From Tubiluchus corallicola (lineage: Eukaryota; Animalia; Priapulida): a DNA stretch of 55,544 nucleotides. Each line of letters starts with the position of its first letter. The first letter of the stretch is position 1. The DNA lies in NCBI GenBank assembly GCA_030141605.1, contig JAQGDQ010001206.1, positions 1 through 55,544 on the forward strand, in the 5' to 3' direction. The position numbers and the translations under genes were made by a program. The notes under the pieces were generated by a model. That model was not told the DNA's origin and ran no database searches. It was given only the letters and a program-made list of their open reading frames with translations. Shown piece after piece: positions 25,182 to 37,882 of this stretch.

Positions 25182-26771
25182 GTGAGTTTCAGAGTATTTT
25201 CCCTGTGCAATTGGTGTTATTATTTAGCGTAGTAAAGTTTAAAACTCCCACATGTGCATAAAATGCAGTTGATTCTTAAAACTTGTTTATGTAAATACTG
25301 TAAGCCCTAATTAAGTATGTTTTATGCGAAACCAGTGTCTCACTTTTTGTTTCTGTCCAATCTGGTTGATCACTTATTCATTTGTGTACACTCAGTAGCG
25401 ACTAATTAAGTAATGTTTTGGGCGCTATTACACTTTCGCACCTCTCAGTTTTTTCTAGGTTATTACTCGTTTCTAGGTTCGTAGGTCATTAGACAATTAT
25501 TCTCACGTCATCAGTGAATGTTTCCAATAATCTCGTGATAATTTAGTCATATATTTAGTGTATAATTACGTTGTATTCACAGTTCTACACTATACAGTTC
25601 GTATCGCCATTATGTTTGTGTGTAGTCACGTGACGAATTTCGTGCTAGTGTATGCATTATCAGGGCCTAACTTAAAAGGTACGTGACACACTTTTATCTT
25701 AACTGCATTTACGAAATAAAGAAAAAACCTTTACTTTTATAATTTAATAATACTACAGTAATAAATAAAATTAATGATAAATTAACTGTAGTTGTCTAAA
25801 ATAATTTCCTCGTATATACCAGCTTGGGTCTGACTATACAGTGAAGAAGAAACAAAAATTCGGGAAGTCTTTTGAAGAAAAGACAATGACTGACACAGAA
25901 TTATAATAGCATTTTAGGTTTATATACTCATTATCACCACCACTATTTCAATGCTATTTTTATCATCATCGTGCATACATGTACAACTTATAGTAGCTTA
26001 TACAATTTTGGTCCATGAGTACGGGGGGGGGGGGGGTGTAGTGGGAAGCACATTTACAAAGCTGATTGTAATGACAATAATCATGACGACAACGTAATGA
26101 CAAGTCCGTACACACATACACACACACACACATACACACATGCATATACATACGTATAATTATATAATAATATTATTAATACATTTTTACCACACGTGTA
26201 ATTAAATGTGTACTCAAGTTAAGAATCACAACGTAAGTCCATAGCGCTTCTGAAATTTATCAAACCAGCCCTTGCTGGCACTGAATTGGCCTGATCTGGT
26301 GGGAGAAGCACTCATCATTGTCATCCGCTAAATAAATACACTATTTACTGTAAATGGTAATTTTTTATGATTTATAATATATTTTTATACATCTTGTGAT
26401 TTTTTTATGCAAAATTCATCAAATCTATACATTACTGTACAATACGTACTACGCATGTGCAAAAATACTTTAGACGGAGTACTGCGAAGCAGCGAAAAGA
26501 CCGCGAAACAGCAAGTCCGCGATAAGCGAAGAGCGAAGTAGCAAGCGAACACTGTAATACGATACAAACTCCCGTGGCTGCAACTCATAATAATCATAAA
26601 TTATGTAAAGAAACTAAAAATACATGTTAAGGGCCACATACGTCACTGCGCAAGAGCGATTGTGCATTAGTGGTGTAAACACAGTTATTCACGTGGAGCT
26701 TCTTGCGTGTTGGTGACGGTAAGTAATGTATGACTTTAACCTGGAATTGTAAGGCCTATAAACCAATAATA

Positions 26772-27278
26772 CAGTGGCCGCCGCTTATTATGGACACGGT
26801 TATTGTGGACAGCCGGTTATTGTGGACAACTCGCGAGGGACGGAATTTTCCCCTAATAAAATCCGCCGGTTAATATGGACAACCGCCGCTTAATATGGAC
26901 AGCGAACCTATAACGTAAGGTCATATAACGTGAAACAGCCGTGCCAACCACGGCCTGCGCGCGTGATTGAAAAGAGCTTCCCGCTCTGCTGCCTGTGTGA
27001 GTCATTGCATCAGTCAGTTCGCCGTTTGCCGTGGCCTTGAGAGCTTCGAAACTGTGATAACTTCCTTCCGTTCAAGGTTGAGAGAAAAGTTTCCTGCCAA
27101 ACAAACTCGTCTGACTTCTTTTTTTCAATAAAACAGGAGACGAGTTGATACAGACAGTTTTTTGCCTTTTTTAATGAAGGGGAAGGGTCTTCATGGGTCA
27201 CTTCGCTTAATATGGACAGCTGCTTAATATGGACATACACTGCTGGCCCGAGGTGTCCACAATAAGCGGCGGCCACTG
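26772..27278. mobile_element. Tc1/mariner-pogo-type MITE
   Basis: 26-bp TIR cagtggccgccgcttatt(a/g)tggacac, TA on both sides, repeated internal ttaatatggaca motifs. Confidence 0.9.
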
Positions 27279-27965
27279 TATTATGGGAATATGGTGTATA
27301 TTACACCTGTTGGTCTGCTTTCTGGCCTGCAGGCATGAAAACAAACAATAGGCCAGAAAAAAGTAGGAGGTGCGAAAGTGTAATAGCGCCATGTTTGGGT
27401 TATTAATTTTTACATAAAATCAGCTTTCAGCTTATCAGTAGTGCCTAATGTGAGTGTTCAGAGCATTGTGTTTTTATGTAAATAATCGACTGAAAGTAAA
27501 TTTTTACTTGATCGTTAATGCGACTGATGATTCATGTCTAACAGTCTTGTTGGGCAACTGTTTTAGTATTAGTAAAATAATTAACCATGCATACGTTTTG
27601 TCAAAGTCATTTCACCAATCACAATTCACTACTTATGGCCTAAGATCAGTTCAAGATATGCCACTCTATGAAGCACATGCTGCAGAGTGTAGAATTAAGG
27701 CGAGTGATTAGTAATTATAAAACTTTTAATTTTACAATGTCTATACATATTGCCAGTGCTGTATTGGTATGTATCTTAGCCACGTTTAGATACATACATG
27801 CTCATTCTACGGGGTAAACAGTCAAGATCAGTACGGCAAATGAAACTGCCCAACAACTACTCATATGAAGAACAGGTGTGAGGTGACTTTGCTGTAAATC
27901 ACATAGTAATGTAGAAAGAAATGTATCAGTGATCAATGCCTTTGGCTTTCTTTTATAATTTTTAG

Positions 27966-28029
27966 GTTCGAATAGCATCTGATTTCATTCTGCATGCACC
28001 ACCAGGAGAGTTCAATGAAGTTTTCAATG
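27966..28029 (+). CDS. CAPZA: CAPZA exon 2 (VRIASDFILHAPPGEFNEVFN)
   Basis: ttttag acceptor; GTAAGT donor. Confidence 0.97.
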
Positions 28030-28239
28030 GTAAGTCTATGTTTATTTAAAAACCGCCATTATCAGTACTTTTCTTTGCAAAACTGTACACTACATAGTCA
28101 AAACACAATTTCACGTCTGCAACCCAACACCCAATCCCAGTATGCACCGCTGTTTTACCAAAAACACATTAATGATCTTATTGACAGTGGAAAGTAATTT
28201 ATACTTCTGCTTAGTTAGCGAAGCGTGTGCTGCAGATGC

Positions 28240-28460
28240 TTGATTATTATTTAAAATTTTTCAATGTTATCTAAACTTGTTTCAAATGCCTTACCGTTAA
28301 AATGGATGTACCTAATGGTCATCACAGGAGTTTAAATTTACAAATTTCATGCAGTGTTACAGCTAATGTAAGTCCTGTATGCACTAACACAGCATGTAAG
28401 TGCTATGAAATTTCAGCTTTGAATTTCTAAGCCTTTCTTTTGAGTAGCATTTCTTGTCCT
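28240..28460 (-). mobile_element. Family A (Kolobok-like) partial copy, inverted
   Basis: Ends ttcttgtcct|ttaa; reverse complement matches the start of the 3291 copy. Confidence 0.6.
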
Positions 28461-28537
28461 TTAAGCAATTTTGGTGACATATTTACTCTACCAAACAGAA
28501 TATCCTTTGTATAAGTGTGGGTCTTTTTAAGACTGTC

Positions 28538-28964
28538 TGTGGAAGTTAGAATTGTACATTGTAATTAGGTGCTGCCATCTATGTGCTAATCCTGTTATAT
28601 TCTACCAGCTGACTTACTTTCAGTATAATTGTATGGTCCAGTGACTACATACACACTGGTGCTCTCTCTATCTAAAATTAATGGTTGTTGTGAAGCCTGT
28701 GCAAGTCTGCATAGGTCAAGTTCTATACCTGTATACTGGCTGTGAAACAAGTTTTACTGACTGTTTTTTGCTTTCTAGTTTTTGCTCAATGTTCAGTGCA
28801 GCAATTTGCTACTCATATTTTCTGTAGTTTAATAAACACTTTTCTGTTGTGTGCAGTGCAAATATTTATTATAGATTTTTGGTTCCTATTCGCCAAAGCT
28901 CCTCTGTGCCTAAGCTCAATCATAACAAAGTGATTGAACAACAACTTCAAAAATGACTTTCACA
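28538..28964 (+). mobile_element. Solo LTR, family C copy 3
   Basis: TGTGGAAGT...ACTTTCACA termini, perfect 5-bp TSD ctgtc (28533..28537, 28965..28969), internal AATAAA. Confidence 0.78.
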
Positions 28965-29459
28965 CTGTCTAGGAAAAAAGTATCCCTAGTTAACTCTTCG
29001 GCATGGTCCATCTTTTTGTGGACATAGACACTAAAAAGATGTAAAATAATCTCATTCATTTTTTCATGTATTGGGTGAATGTGACTTGAATGAGTCGAAT
29101 AATTATTTTAAAACTGGTTGCTATTCCGACGCGAATGTATGCTAATCTGAGAGCGCATGATTTATTCTGGTTAAAAAGGTTCCCGACATTGCAACCATGA
29201 CTTTTAGTATAATATGTAAATTGTAGTAAAGTCACTAAGGCATAGCCGATGACTGCTTAAATGACATTTGACGGAGAATAGACCAGACTATGGTTAAATT
29301 TAATTTAGCTTATGGTTTTACTTTTTGCATTTTATGATTAGGAATCTAATTACTATGTTTCAATAAATTATAATACGTGTATGCGCATTTTCAATCTGTT
29401 GACATCGGGATATTTTGTACCTTTTGTTATCTAGAATTTCCCATTTATAATTTTTTCAG

Positions 29460-29511
29460 ATGTTCGCTTGTTATTAAGCAATGATCAGCTACTGAAAGAA
29501 GGTGCATCAGG
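29460..29511 (+). CDS. CAPZA: CAPZA exon 3 (DVRLLLSNDQLLKEGASG)
   Basis: ttttttcag acceptor; GTAAGG donor. Confidence 0.97.
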
Positions 29512-29676
29512 GTAAGGACAAATCTAACCAAATCCTATACAAAGTTTATATGTAAAGATTCGCTGCAAAAAACTAGTTTTTATAACCATTGTAAATATAA
29601 AATATAGGTGAGAATCGAAACGTGAGCATTAAATTCTAATCTTTATCTCAAACTCTTTTAAGTTATTAAAGTTATA

Positions 29677-29853
29677 CAGTTAAACCTCTTTATACCAGCT
29701 ATTTTGGATCTGTAAAATAAGTTGGCTTTAAGCAACTTTGCTATTATAATGAGGTGGTTTAATACATACATGTCTGTGCAAATATAGACATTTGTTTTGC
29801 CAAAAATGTGGATGTGGCATTATAAAGAGGGCTGTTATAATGAGGTTTGACTG
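29677..29853. mobile_element. pogo/Tigger-like MITE
   Basis: TA|cagttaaacctc...gaggtttgactg|TA. Confidence 0.75.
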
Positions 29854-30395
29854 TAGTTACATTTATAGTCTGGCGTTCCTGTAAAAATACATTATAACTG
29901 TTGAATTTTAATTGTGCTAAATAAAACTGTATTTTTCTATACCGTGTTATATATGATGAGTAAAGATTAGTGCTAGTCGAAATTTGAATTCTCTTTTCTA
30001 TCCTGTGCGTGGGAGGGCGGGCGGGCATGTTTGTGTGTAATTAAGCTTTATAAAGATCTCCAGGTCCTCCAGTACATAATCTTTTAAGCAGTGGCACGAA
30101 AGGTCAATCAGTGACTAAAAGAATTGCCCAAGGTTTTAGTTCATCTGTACCAGCTTTTCAGCATTTTACTTGTTTGTTAAAATTTGAAGCGTATAGTAAC
30201 ATATGAAAGACCCTGTATAACAAGTTCACTTTTAATAGCCTTTCAAACAAACAAGAGTGAAGTCCTCTAGCTAAGATAGCTTTATTTTGCCATTTTAAAA
30301 ATAAATTCAAAATTAACCATTTTTCTGCTTTAACTATTTAAGGTGGTGTTACTCAAAAGAAACTACATTAGCTTCTGCTTTCTTGATCCTATATG

Positions 30396-30871
30396 CTGTA
30401 GCGGATAGCCCTATAGGCTGAAGCCTAAGGCCCGGATCAAAAGGGGCCGGGCAAAATAAAACGAAAAAAATTTTTTTTGTAAAAAAAAATAAATTGACAA
30501 AAAAGAGCAAGGGGCCCGCCAAAATATAAGAATAAGTACTAATAGGAATAATATAAGAATACTTACTAATAAGTATAAGAAATTAGTAAGAAACTAAAGT
30601 TACTTTCAGAGTTTCTGATTGGCTTATTTTAGTTGACATCTAACCCAGAAACTCACCAAGCTGTAATCGTGTTTATATAGTCCTAGTCCACAACTCAAGG
30701 ATCAAAAAGATATAATTTTTATCACAATCGGTGGGCAAAAACTCACAAAATTAAACAAACTTACAAACGACGAGAGCTCCACAAAAACACGTCAGCTCAG
30801 CAGTGTAGCAACATTTAAAAGGCCCGTTCCAAGCTCAAGCCTAAGGCCCATAAAATCATAATCCGCCCCTG
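30396..30871. mobile_element. hAT-like MITE
   Basis: Perfect 8-bp TSD cctatatg (30388..30395, 30872..30879); ends ctgtagcggat...atccgcccctg. Confidence 0.85.
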
Positions 30872-31070
30872 CCTATATGAAATTCAAAGTTTGTATTTTA
30901 GCTGGAAAAGATGTTTGTCTTTCACAAACCACTATGAAAATTTTATATTTTACTCTATCCTTTGCACCGTGTCAGAGACTGTTGAAGCTAGTTGACTAGA
31001 GCCGTTATTATGGGCACCAGCGAGTAGGCTTGTAATGATACACCGATGCATCGTGCTATCTTTCACTACA

Positions 31071-31544
31071 TAGACATAGACATAGAACATTTATTTTCTC
31101 CAATTTGTTTGACATAAAAAGTTTTTTAAATATTACGTAATTATAATCGTGGAGCAGGGCAGGGAAGGACCATAGGGTCATCTAGTCTCCTGCCCTTTCT
31201 TATAATTAAATTAGTATATTAAAAATAAATGGTGAGGCTGCAGATAACAAAAACAAAAACAAATAAGAAAAAATAATAATAAAAAACAGTATAAATGAAA
31301 ACAGTATAAGTGAAAACAAAAAATAATAAAGTTAGATGATACCTAAATCTAAACAAAACAATACAATTAATCAGTAATTATGATTATTATATATAATATT
31401 TTCAAATAGGGGTCTTATTGACAGGGGAATTTGACCAAGGTTAGTGAGTAAAGTTAAAAAACTGAGAGTATGGAAAGATAAAATAAGTATCAAAAAAGTG
31501 TAATATAGAAAAATTTAACAGAAAAAGTAAGTATAAGAAAGAGT
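31071..31544 (-). mobile_element. LINE 3'-end-like insertion with (CTATGT)n tail
   Basis: Minus-strand AATAAA followed by microsatellite tail; 6-bp duplication actaca at 31065..31070 and 31545..31550. Confidence 0.5.
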
Positions 31545-32055
31545 ACTACAATATGCGTATTGTCAAAGCGTGCTTGTATCGGGCTATCTGAATCAATGAC
31601 CATATGTTGATAAGAGTGATTTGAAGTGATTCAAGCTGTAGCCGTAGAACGTGCAGTAGATACCTCTCAATGCTGAAGTGCAGTGAGCAATGGTTGAGTT
31701 GACAATGGCACTGCCAGTAGCCAGAGCAGTTGAAAATGTATCTGTTTCTAATCTGCAATAGGCTAAATATGTTGTCTTCATATAAACTTGTGAAATGACA
31801 AAAGTGAACCAGAAAATGCACTAGCAATTTTTAAACCTAAAGTATTGATGTGTTTTACTTTTCTGGTGGCTTACAATGTAAACAATCGCCTGTACGTTAC
31901 ACAAGTAGTAAAAGTCAAGCAGTTTGTTGAGTTATTTTAGCATTTAGCAATCCTAAAACTGTCGACTGACGAATATGTTTAGCATTTTTATCAACGGCGT
32001 CTCTAGTTTTTTTTATAAAGCCTGCAAACATTAACACAGGTGCATTGTGTTAGGC

Positions 32056-33533
32056 ATCGTATCATGATTATAGTATCGTGATTATAGTATCATGATTATA
32101 GTATCGTGATTATAGTATCGTGACTATAGTAATGTGACTATAGTATCGTGATTATAGTATCGCGATTATAGTATCGTGATTATAGTATCGCGATTATAGT
32201 ATCGTGATTATAGTATCGTGATTATAGTATCGTGATTATAGTATCGTGACTATAGTAATGTGACTATAGTATCGTGATTATAGCATCGTGACTATAGCAT
32301 CGTGACTATAGTATCGTGATTGTAGTGTTGCGATCGTGATTATAGTATCGTGATTATAGTATCGTGATTATAGTATCGTGATTATAGTATCGTGATTATA
32401 GTATCGTGATTATAGTATCGTGACTATAGTAATGTGACTATAGTATCGTGATTATAGTATCGCGATTATAGTATCGTGATTATAGTATCGCGATTATAGT
32501 ATCGTGATTATAGTATCGTGATTATAGCATCGTGATTATAGCATCGTGACTATAGCATCGTGACTATAGCATCGTGATTATAGCATCGTGATTATAGCAT
32601 CGTGAGTATAGCATCGTGACTATAGCATCGTGACTATAGTATCGTGATTATAGTATCGTGATTATAGTATCGTGATTATAGTATCGTGATTATAGTATCG
32701 TGACTATAGTATCGTGATTATAGTATCGTGACTATAGTATCGTGACTATAGTATCGTGACTATAGTATCGTGATTATAGTATCGTGATTATAGTATCGTG
32801 ATTATAGTATCGTGATTATAGTATCGTGATTATAGTATCGTGATTATAGTATCGTGACTATAGTAATGTGACTATAGTATCGTGATTATAGTATCGCGAT
32901 TATAGTATCGCGATTATAGTATCGCGATTATAGCATCGTGATTATAGCATCGTGACTATAGCATCGTGACTATAGTATCGTGATTATAGTATCGTGATTA
33001 TAGTATCGTGATTATAGTATCGTGATTATAGTATCGTGATTATAGCATCGTGATTATAGCATCGTGACTATAGCATCGTGACTATAGCATCGTGATTATA
33101 GTATCGTGATTATAGTATCGTGACTATAGTATCGTGACTATAGTATCGTGACTATAGTATCGTGATTATAGTATCGTGATTATAGTATCGTGATTATAGT
33201 ATCGTGATTATAGTATCGTGATTATAGCATCGTGACTATAGCATCGTGATTATAGCATCGTGACTATAGCATCGTGACTATAGCATCGTGACTATAGCAT
33301 CGTGATTATAGTATCGTGATTATAGTATCGTGATTATAGCATCGTGACTATAGCATCGTGACTATAGCATCGTGACTATAGCATCGTGATTGTAGTGTCG
33401 CGATTGTAGTGTCGCGATTGTAGTGTCGCGATTGTAGTGTCGCGATTGTAGTGTCGCGATTGTAGTATCGCGATTATAGTATCGGGATTATAGTATCGCG
33501 ATTATAGTATCGCGATTATAGTATCATGATTAT
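32056..33533. repeat. 14-bp minisatellite (TGATTATAGTATCG)n, ~105 copies
   Basis: Direct reading; variants tgactatagcatcg and cgattgtagtgtcg occur in blocks. Confidence 0.97.
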
Positions 33534-33644
33534 GTATTGTGACCTAGATGTATCCTTACAGCCCTATCAGCGCGTCTCTTACATTATTTACAAAACATTT
33601 TCAACACTGTTGGTCTTTAGTTAAATTATTATTTTTTATTTTAT

Positions 33645-33870
33645 TTATTATTATTATCACATTCAGTACAATATAAAGCACACAGTGACATCAAAATTAT
33701 TACATCTACTATATTAAATTGTTATGTTTCATACACTATCGTTATCATAAAAGAATAATTGTACTGCAGTGGGCTAGAGAAGCAAAGGCTTGTATAAGCC
33801 CACTGTCATGTGAACCTGATAAAAAAAGAATGGATGAGTGAACAAAAAAAAGAACTGGGAGAAAGGTTAG
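33645..33870 (-). mobile_element. Inverted copy of the 4530..4765 LINE 3'-UTR-like repeat
   Basis: Near-identical reverse complement. Confidence 0.7.
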
Positions 33871-34085
33871 ATCACACAGGAAGGGTAGAAGGATGTGTTA
33901 GTGTAAATGGTAGAAAGAAAGATAATAGATTGCGCGATGTTGACATCAGCTCTAAAGATTTATCAATGATGCCTTGTTTTGCATAATCTGTTTAGATTAG
34001 CATTTGTAATTAATTTACACCTTTGCTTAATTCATTCACATTTTGTTTGCAACTAATCTGGCTACTCTTACTAATTCTCTTACAG

Positions 34086-34220
34086 GGCATTTGCACAATA
34101 TAATAAGGACCAGTTCACACCCGTAGATATAGCCAACTCGAACCACAAGAGCCTCATTACGGAACATGGCGATCGCGGTGGCAACACATTCTTTGATCCA
34201 CATTCAAAGCAGACATTTAG
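34086..34220 (+). CDS. CAPZA: CAPZA exon 4 (AFAQYNKDQFTP...LITEHGD...FFDP)
   Basis: ctcttacag acceptor; GTACGA donor; phases 2 to 2. Confidence 0.96.
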
Positions 34221-34281
34221 GTACGAACCAGAAACACATCGGGCTAGTATTTGCCAGAAAATCACTGTTGCTTTGTTGAAA

Positions 34282-34630
34282 TTTAGTTTATATTTGGTTT
34301 ACACATGATTTTATTGAAGATGGACCATCAGACAAACTAGGTTTGAAACAGACAGTTTTGCAACTGATGTATGTTCCCCCCCCCCCATGTGGGAGCGAAA
34401 TGCTAGACGGATGTAGAACAATGGTGACTACAATGTACAACAAATGCTGCTATAATTATGAACATTGTGTAAGAAGAACAAACATAGCTCAAATTGTTTG
34501 CAATAAAAGACTGCATTAATGCAAAAACTTGAGTGCTCACAGGGTTCCCATACAGGGACAGATTTGTTGCAAGACTGTAAACATCTATGTTGAATGTCGA
34601 CAAAAGAGTGCAGAGATTTGTAAATAAATC
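34282..34630 (-). mobile_element. Degraded CR1/L2-group-like LINE 3' end
   Basis: Minus strand encodes DLFTNL...LSLYGN...VFALMQSFI, then AATAAA and a CTAAA-like tail. Confidence 0.5.
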
Positions 34631-36390
34631 ATGTCTGGCCTGGTGATTGTTGCTTTGTTGAAGTGATCCTGGTGATTGTTGACATGTGACATGTCTGTTG
34701 ATCGTGGTGACTGTTGACGTGTGAGCTTGGTGACATGTCTGGCCTGATGATTGCTGCTTTGTTGAAGTGATCCTGGTGATTGTTGTCATGTGACATGTCT
34801 GTTGAGCGTGGTGGCTGTTGACGTGTGAGCTTGGTGACATGTGTGGCCTGATGATTGTTGCTTTGTTGAAGTGATCCTGGTGATTGTTGACATGTGACAT
34901 GTCTGTTGAGCGTGGTGGCTGTTGACGTGTGAGCTTGGTGACATGTCTGGCCTGATGATTGCTGCTTTGTTGAAGTGATCCTGGTGATTGTTGACATGTG
35001 ACATGTCTGTTGAGCGCATTGGCTGTTGACGTGTGAGCTTGGTGACATGTCTGGCCTGATGATTGCTGCTTTGTTGAAGTGATCCTGGTGATTGTTGACA
35101 TGTGACATGTCTGTTGAGCGTGTGGTGGCTGTTGACGTGTGAGCTTAGTGACATGTCTGGCCTGATGATTGTTGCTTTGTTGAAGTGATCCTGGTGATTG
35201 TTGACATGTGACATGTCTGTTGAGCGTGGTGGCTGTTGACGTGTGAGCTTGGTGACATGTCTGGCCTGATGATTGTTGCTTTGTTGAAGTGATCCTGGTG
35301 ATTGTTGACATGTGACATGTCTGTTGATCGTGGTGACTGTTGACGTGTGTGCTTGGTGATATGTCTGGCCTGATGATTGTTGCTTTGTTGAAGTGATCCT
35401 GGTGATTGTTGACATGTGACATGTCTGTTGAGCGTGGTGGCTGTTGACGTGTGAGTTTGGTGACATGTCTGGCCTGATGATTGTTGCTTTGTTGAAGTGA
35501 TCCTGGTGATTGTTGACATGTGACATGTCTGTTGAGCCTGGTGGCTGTTGACGTGTGAGCTTGGTGACATGTCTGGCCTGATGATTGTTGCTTTGTTGAA
35601 GTGATCCTGGTGATTGTTGACATGTGACATGTCTGTTGAGCCTGGTGGCTGTTGACATGTGAGCTTGGTGACATGTCTGGCCTGATGATTGCTGCTTTGT
35701 TGAAGTGATCCTGGTGATTGTTGTCATGTGACATGTCTGTTGAGCGTGGTGGCTGTTGACGTGTGAGCTTGGTGACATGTCTGGCCTGATGATTGTTGCT
35801 TTGTTGAAGTGATCCTGGTGATTGTTGACATGTGACATGTCTGGTGAACGTGATGATTGTTGACATGTCTCATTGTCTGGTGATCCTGGTGATTGTTGAC
35901 ATGTGACGTGTCTGTTGGGCCTGGTGACTGTTGACGTGTGAGTTTGGTGAGCCTGGTGACATGTCTGGCCAGATGATTGTTGCTTTGTTGAAGTGATCCT
36001 GGTGATTGTTGAAATGTGACATGTCTGTTGAGCCTGGTGACTGTTGACATGTGAGTTTGGTGAGCCTGTGACTGCTGACGTGTGAGTTTGGTGAGCCTGG
36101 TGACTGCTGACGTGTGAGTTTGGTGAACCTGGTGACTGCTGACGTGTGAGTTTGGTGATCTTGTGACTGCTGACGTGTGAGTTTGGTGAGCCTGTGACTG
36201 CTGACGTGTGAGTTTGGTGAGGCTGTGACTGCTGACGTGTGAGTTTGGTGAGCCTGTGACTGCTGACGTGTGAGTTTGGTGAGCCTGGTGACTGCTGACG
36301 TGTGAGTTTGGTGAGCCTGGTGACTGCTGACGTGTGAGTTTGGTGAGCCTGGTGACATGTCTAGCCTGATGATTGTTGCTTTGTTGAAGT
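34630..36390. repeat. 104-bp satellite (~12 copies) grading into a 31-32-bp sub-repeat (~10 copies)
   Basis: Period 104 confirmed (34660, 34764); sub-unit tgacgtgtgagtttggtgagcctggtgactgc from ~36040. Confidence 0.96.
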
Positions 36391-36829
36391 TTAGTTTAGT
36401 ATACATTTCTTAGTTTGTACGCGACATGCGTTCGACTTCGTTTTATCTGAAGAAAAATTAAAAATTCTTTCTGCTAAACCAATGCCAAAACATTAAGTAA
36501 CTGGTATAATGATAATTAATAATAATATGACATGACGAAATGAGAAGAGATGAAACTTACATCTTTGCCGCATACCGGTGACTCACTTCTTTCATATCCT
36601 AACTGTGAAATGAGGCCAATGGCCTATTTCCTGACCTAGCTCACCTGTCTAAACTAGGAAAAACAAACACCAGGGGGCACCACGTGCTTATATCCAAAAC
36701 ACAGTTTGACTTTTTCACTTGTTAGTAAACTTTGCTGCTTGCATTTGTATGTCAACATCAGCTGCTTATCACTTTTACTACAAATCAGTTTAAGACATTT
36801 TTCAAAATTTTACCATCTGTTTTTGACAG

Positions 36830-37045
36830 GTATGATCACCTGCGTAAGGAGGCTGTCGATTACCAGCCCGCAGAGGTTGATTCGACCGCTGAGCCATGGA
36901 GGGCAGCACTGGAGACGGCATTTATCGCTTACGTAGAGAATCACTACAAGAACGGTGTGTGTTCGGTATACGGGACGAGTGAAGATGGAACAATAGAATT
37001 AACAGCGTGCATTGAAGATCACATATATACACCAAAAAATTTTTG
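36830..37045 (+). CDS. CAPZA: CAPZA exon 5 (YDHLRKEA...HYKNG...ACIEDHIYTPKNFW)
   Basis: tttgacag acceptor; GTAATA donor; within ORF 36732..37049. Confidence 0.97.
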
Positions 37046-37110
37046 GTAATATTTTTCATTAATGTCTCTTCATGTGCATTGGTGTCAACCAGTACTTAGT
37101 ACATGATACA

Positions 37111-37523
37111 CAGGGGGCGTATCAAGACTTTACAACGCCCTGGGCTGATAGTTTCTCCCACCCATCTTTATTGTGAATTTATTATTGTTTATTGAGCAGA
37201 TCAAGCAATTACTTGTGGTGTATTAGAAACACTATTAACCTAGTTTCTACACGATCATTATTAATTACATGTATTTGCATAGCGCTTATATTCAAGTAGG
37301 CTGCACAACTGCTTGTTGTGTAATACCTTGCACTTGTATGTGGCACTTATATAGAAGCTGTGCTCAGTAACTGCTTGTGGTGTGTTATAAAATGCGACCT
37401 TTACGTGAACATGAAAGAACACAGATTTTCCGAGGAAATGAGAATTTTTTCTTTAATGCGACGCCCTCAAAGTTTGGCACCCTAGGCAATAGCCTAGTTA
37501 GCGTATTGGTTAATATGCCCCTG
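37111..37523. mobile_element. hAT-like MITE
   Basis: Perfect 8-bp TSD atgataca; ends cagggggcgtat...atatgcccctg. Confidence 0.85.
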
Positions 37524-37882
37524 ATGATACATGGTACATGATAATAACTTCCCTTGAAATTTTCAACAGAGTTTTTTATTTAACGTAAAATATATGACAA
37601 AGTTCAAATTGCTAACTATGATGATACCAGTAATAATAGTTACTAATTGTCTGACAATCCTTTCACAGGTAACTGCAAAAAAATTTGTTAAATAGTGTTA
37701 GAATTGCCAACAATTTCTGAATGCGGATTCGTGAATTTTAATGAGAAATGTTACCGCCCAATCACAGCACTTCGACTTCTCTTCATTTTGAGTCAGTTCA
37801 GTTACCGTTGCAGTTACCATTTACCGTGATACGCTTACTGTTTATCAAATTTAAAAACTTGTAGGAAGGATACAGTTTAAAA

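Larger units (their letters stand above)
31025..33566. mobile_element. hAT-like non-autonomous element (family D) expanded by a nested insertion and a minisatellite
   Basis: Ends taggcttgtaatgatac...gtatccttacagcccta; 8-bp flanks ccagcgag/tcagcgcg; interior 31740..32050 homologous to part of the 41589..42196 copy. Confidence 0.75.

Noticed and set aside
34403-36406. Long minus-strand ORFs (487, 350, 178 aa) rich in H/Q/T/S
   Set aside because: They are translations of the 104-bp satellite, which lacks stops on that strand; frames rotate with the non-triplet period and the region is a CAPZA intron.
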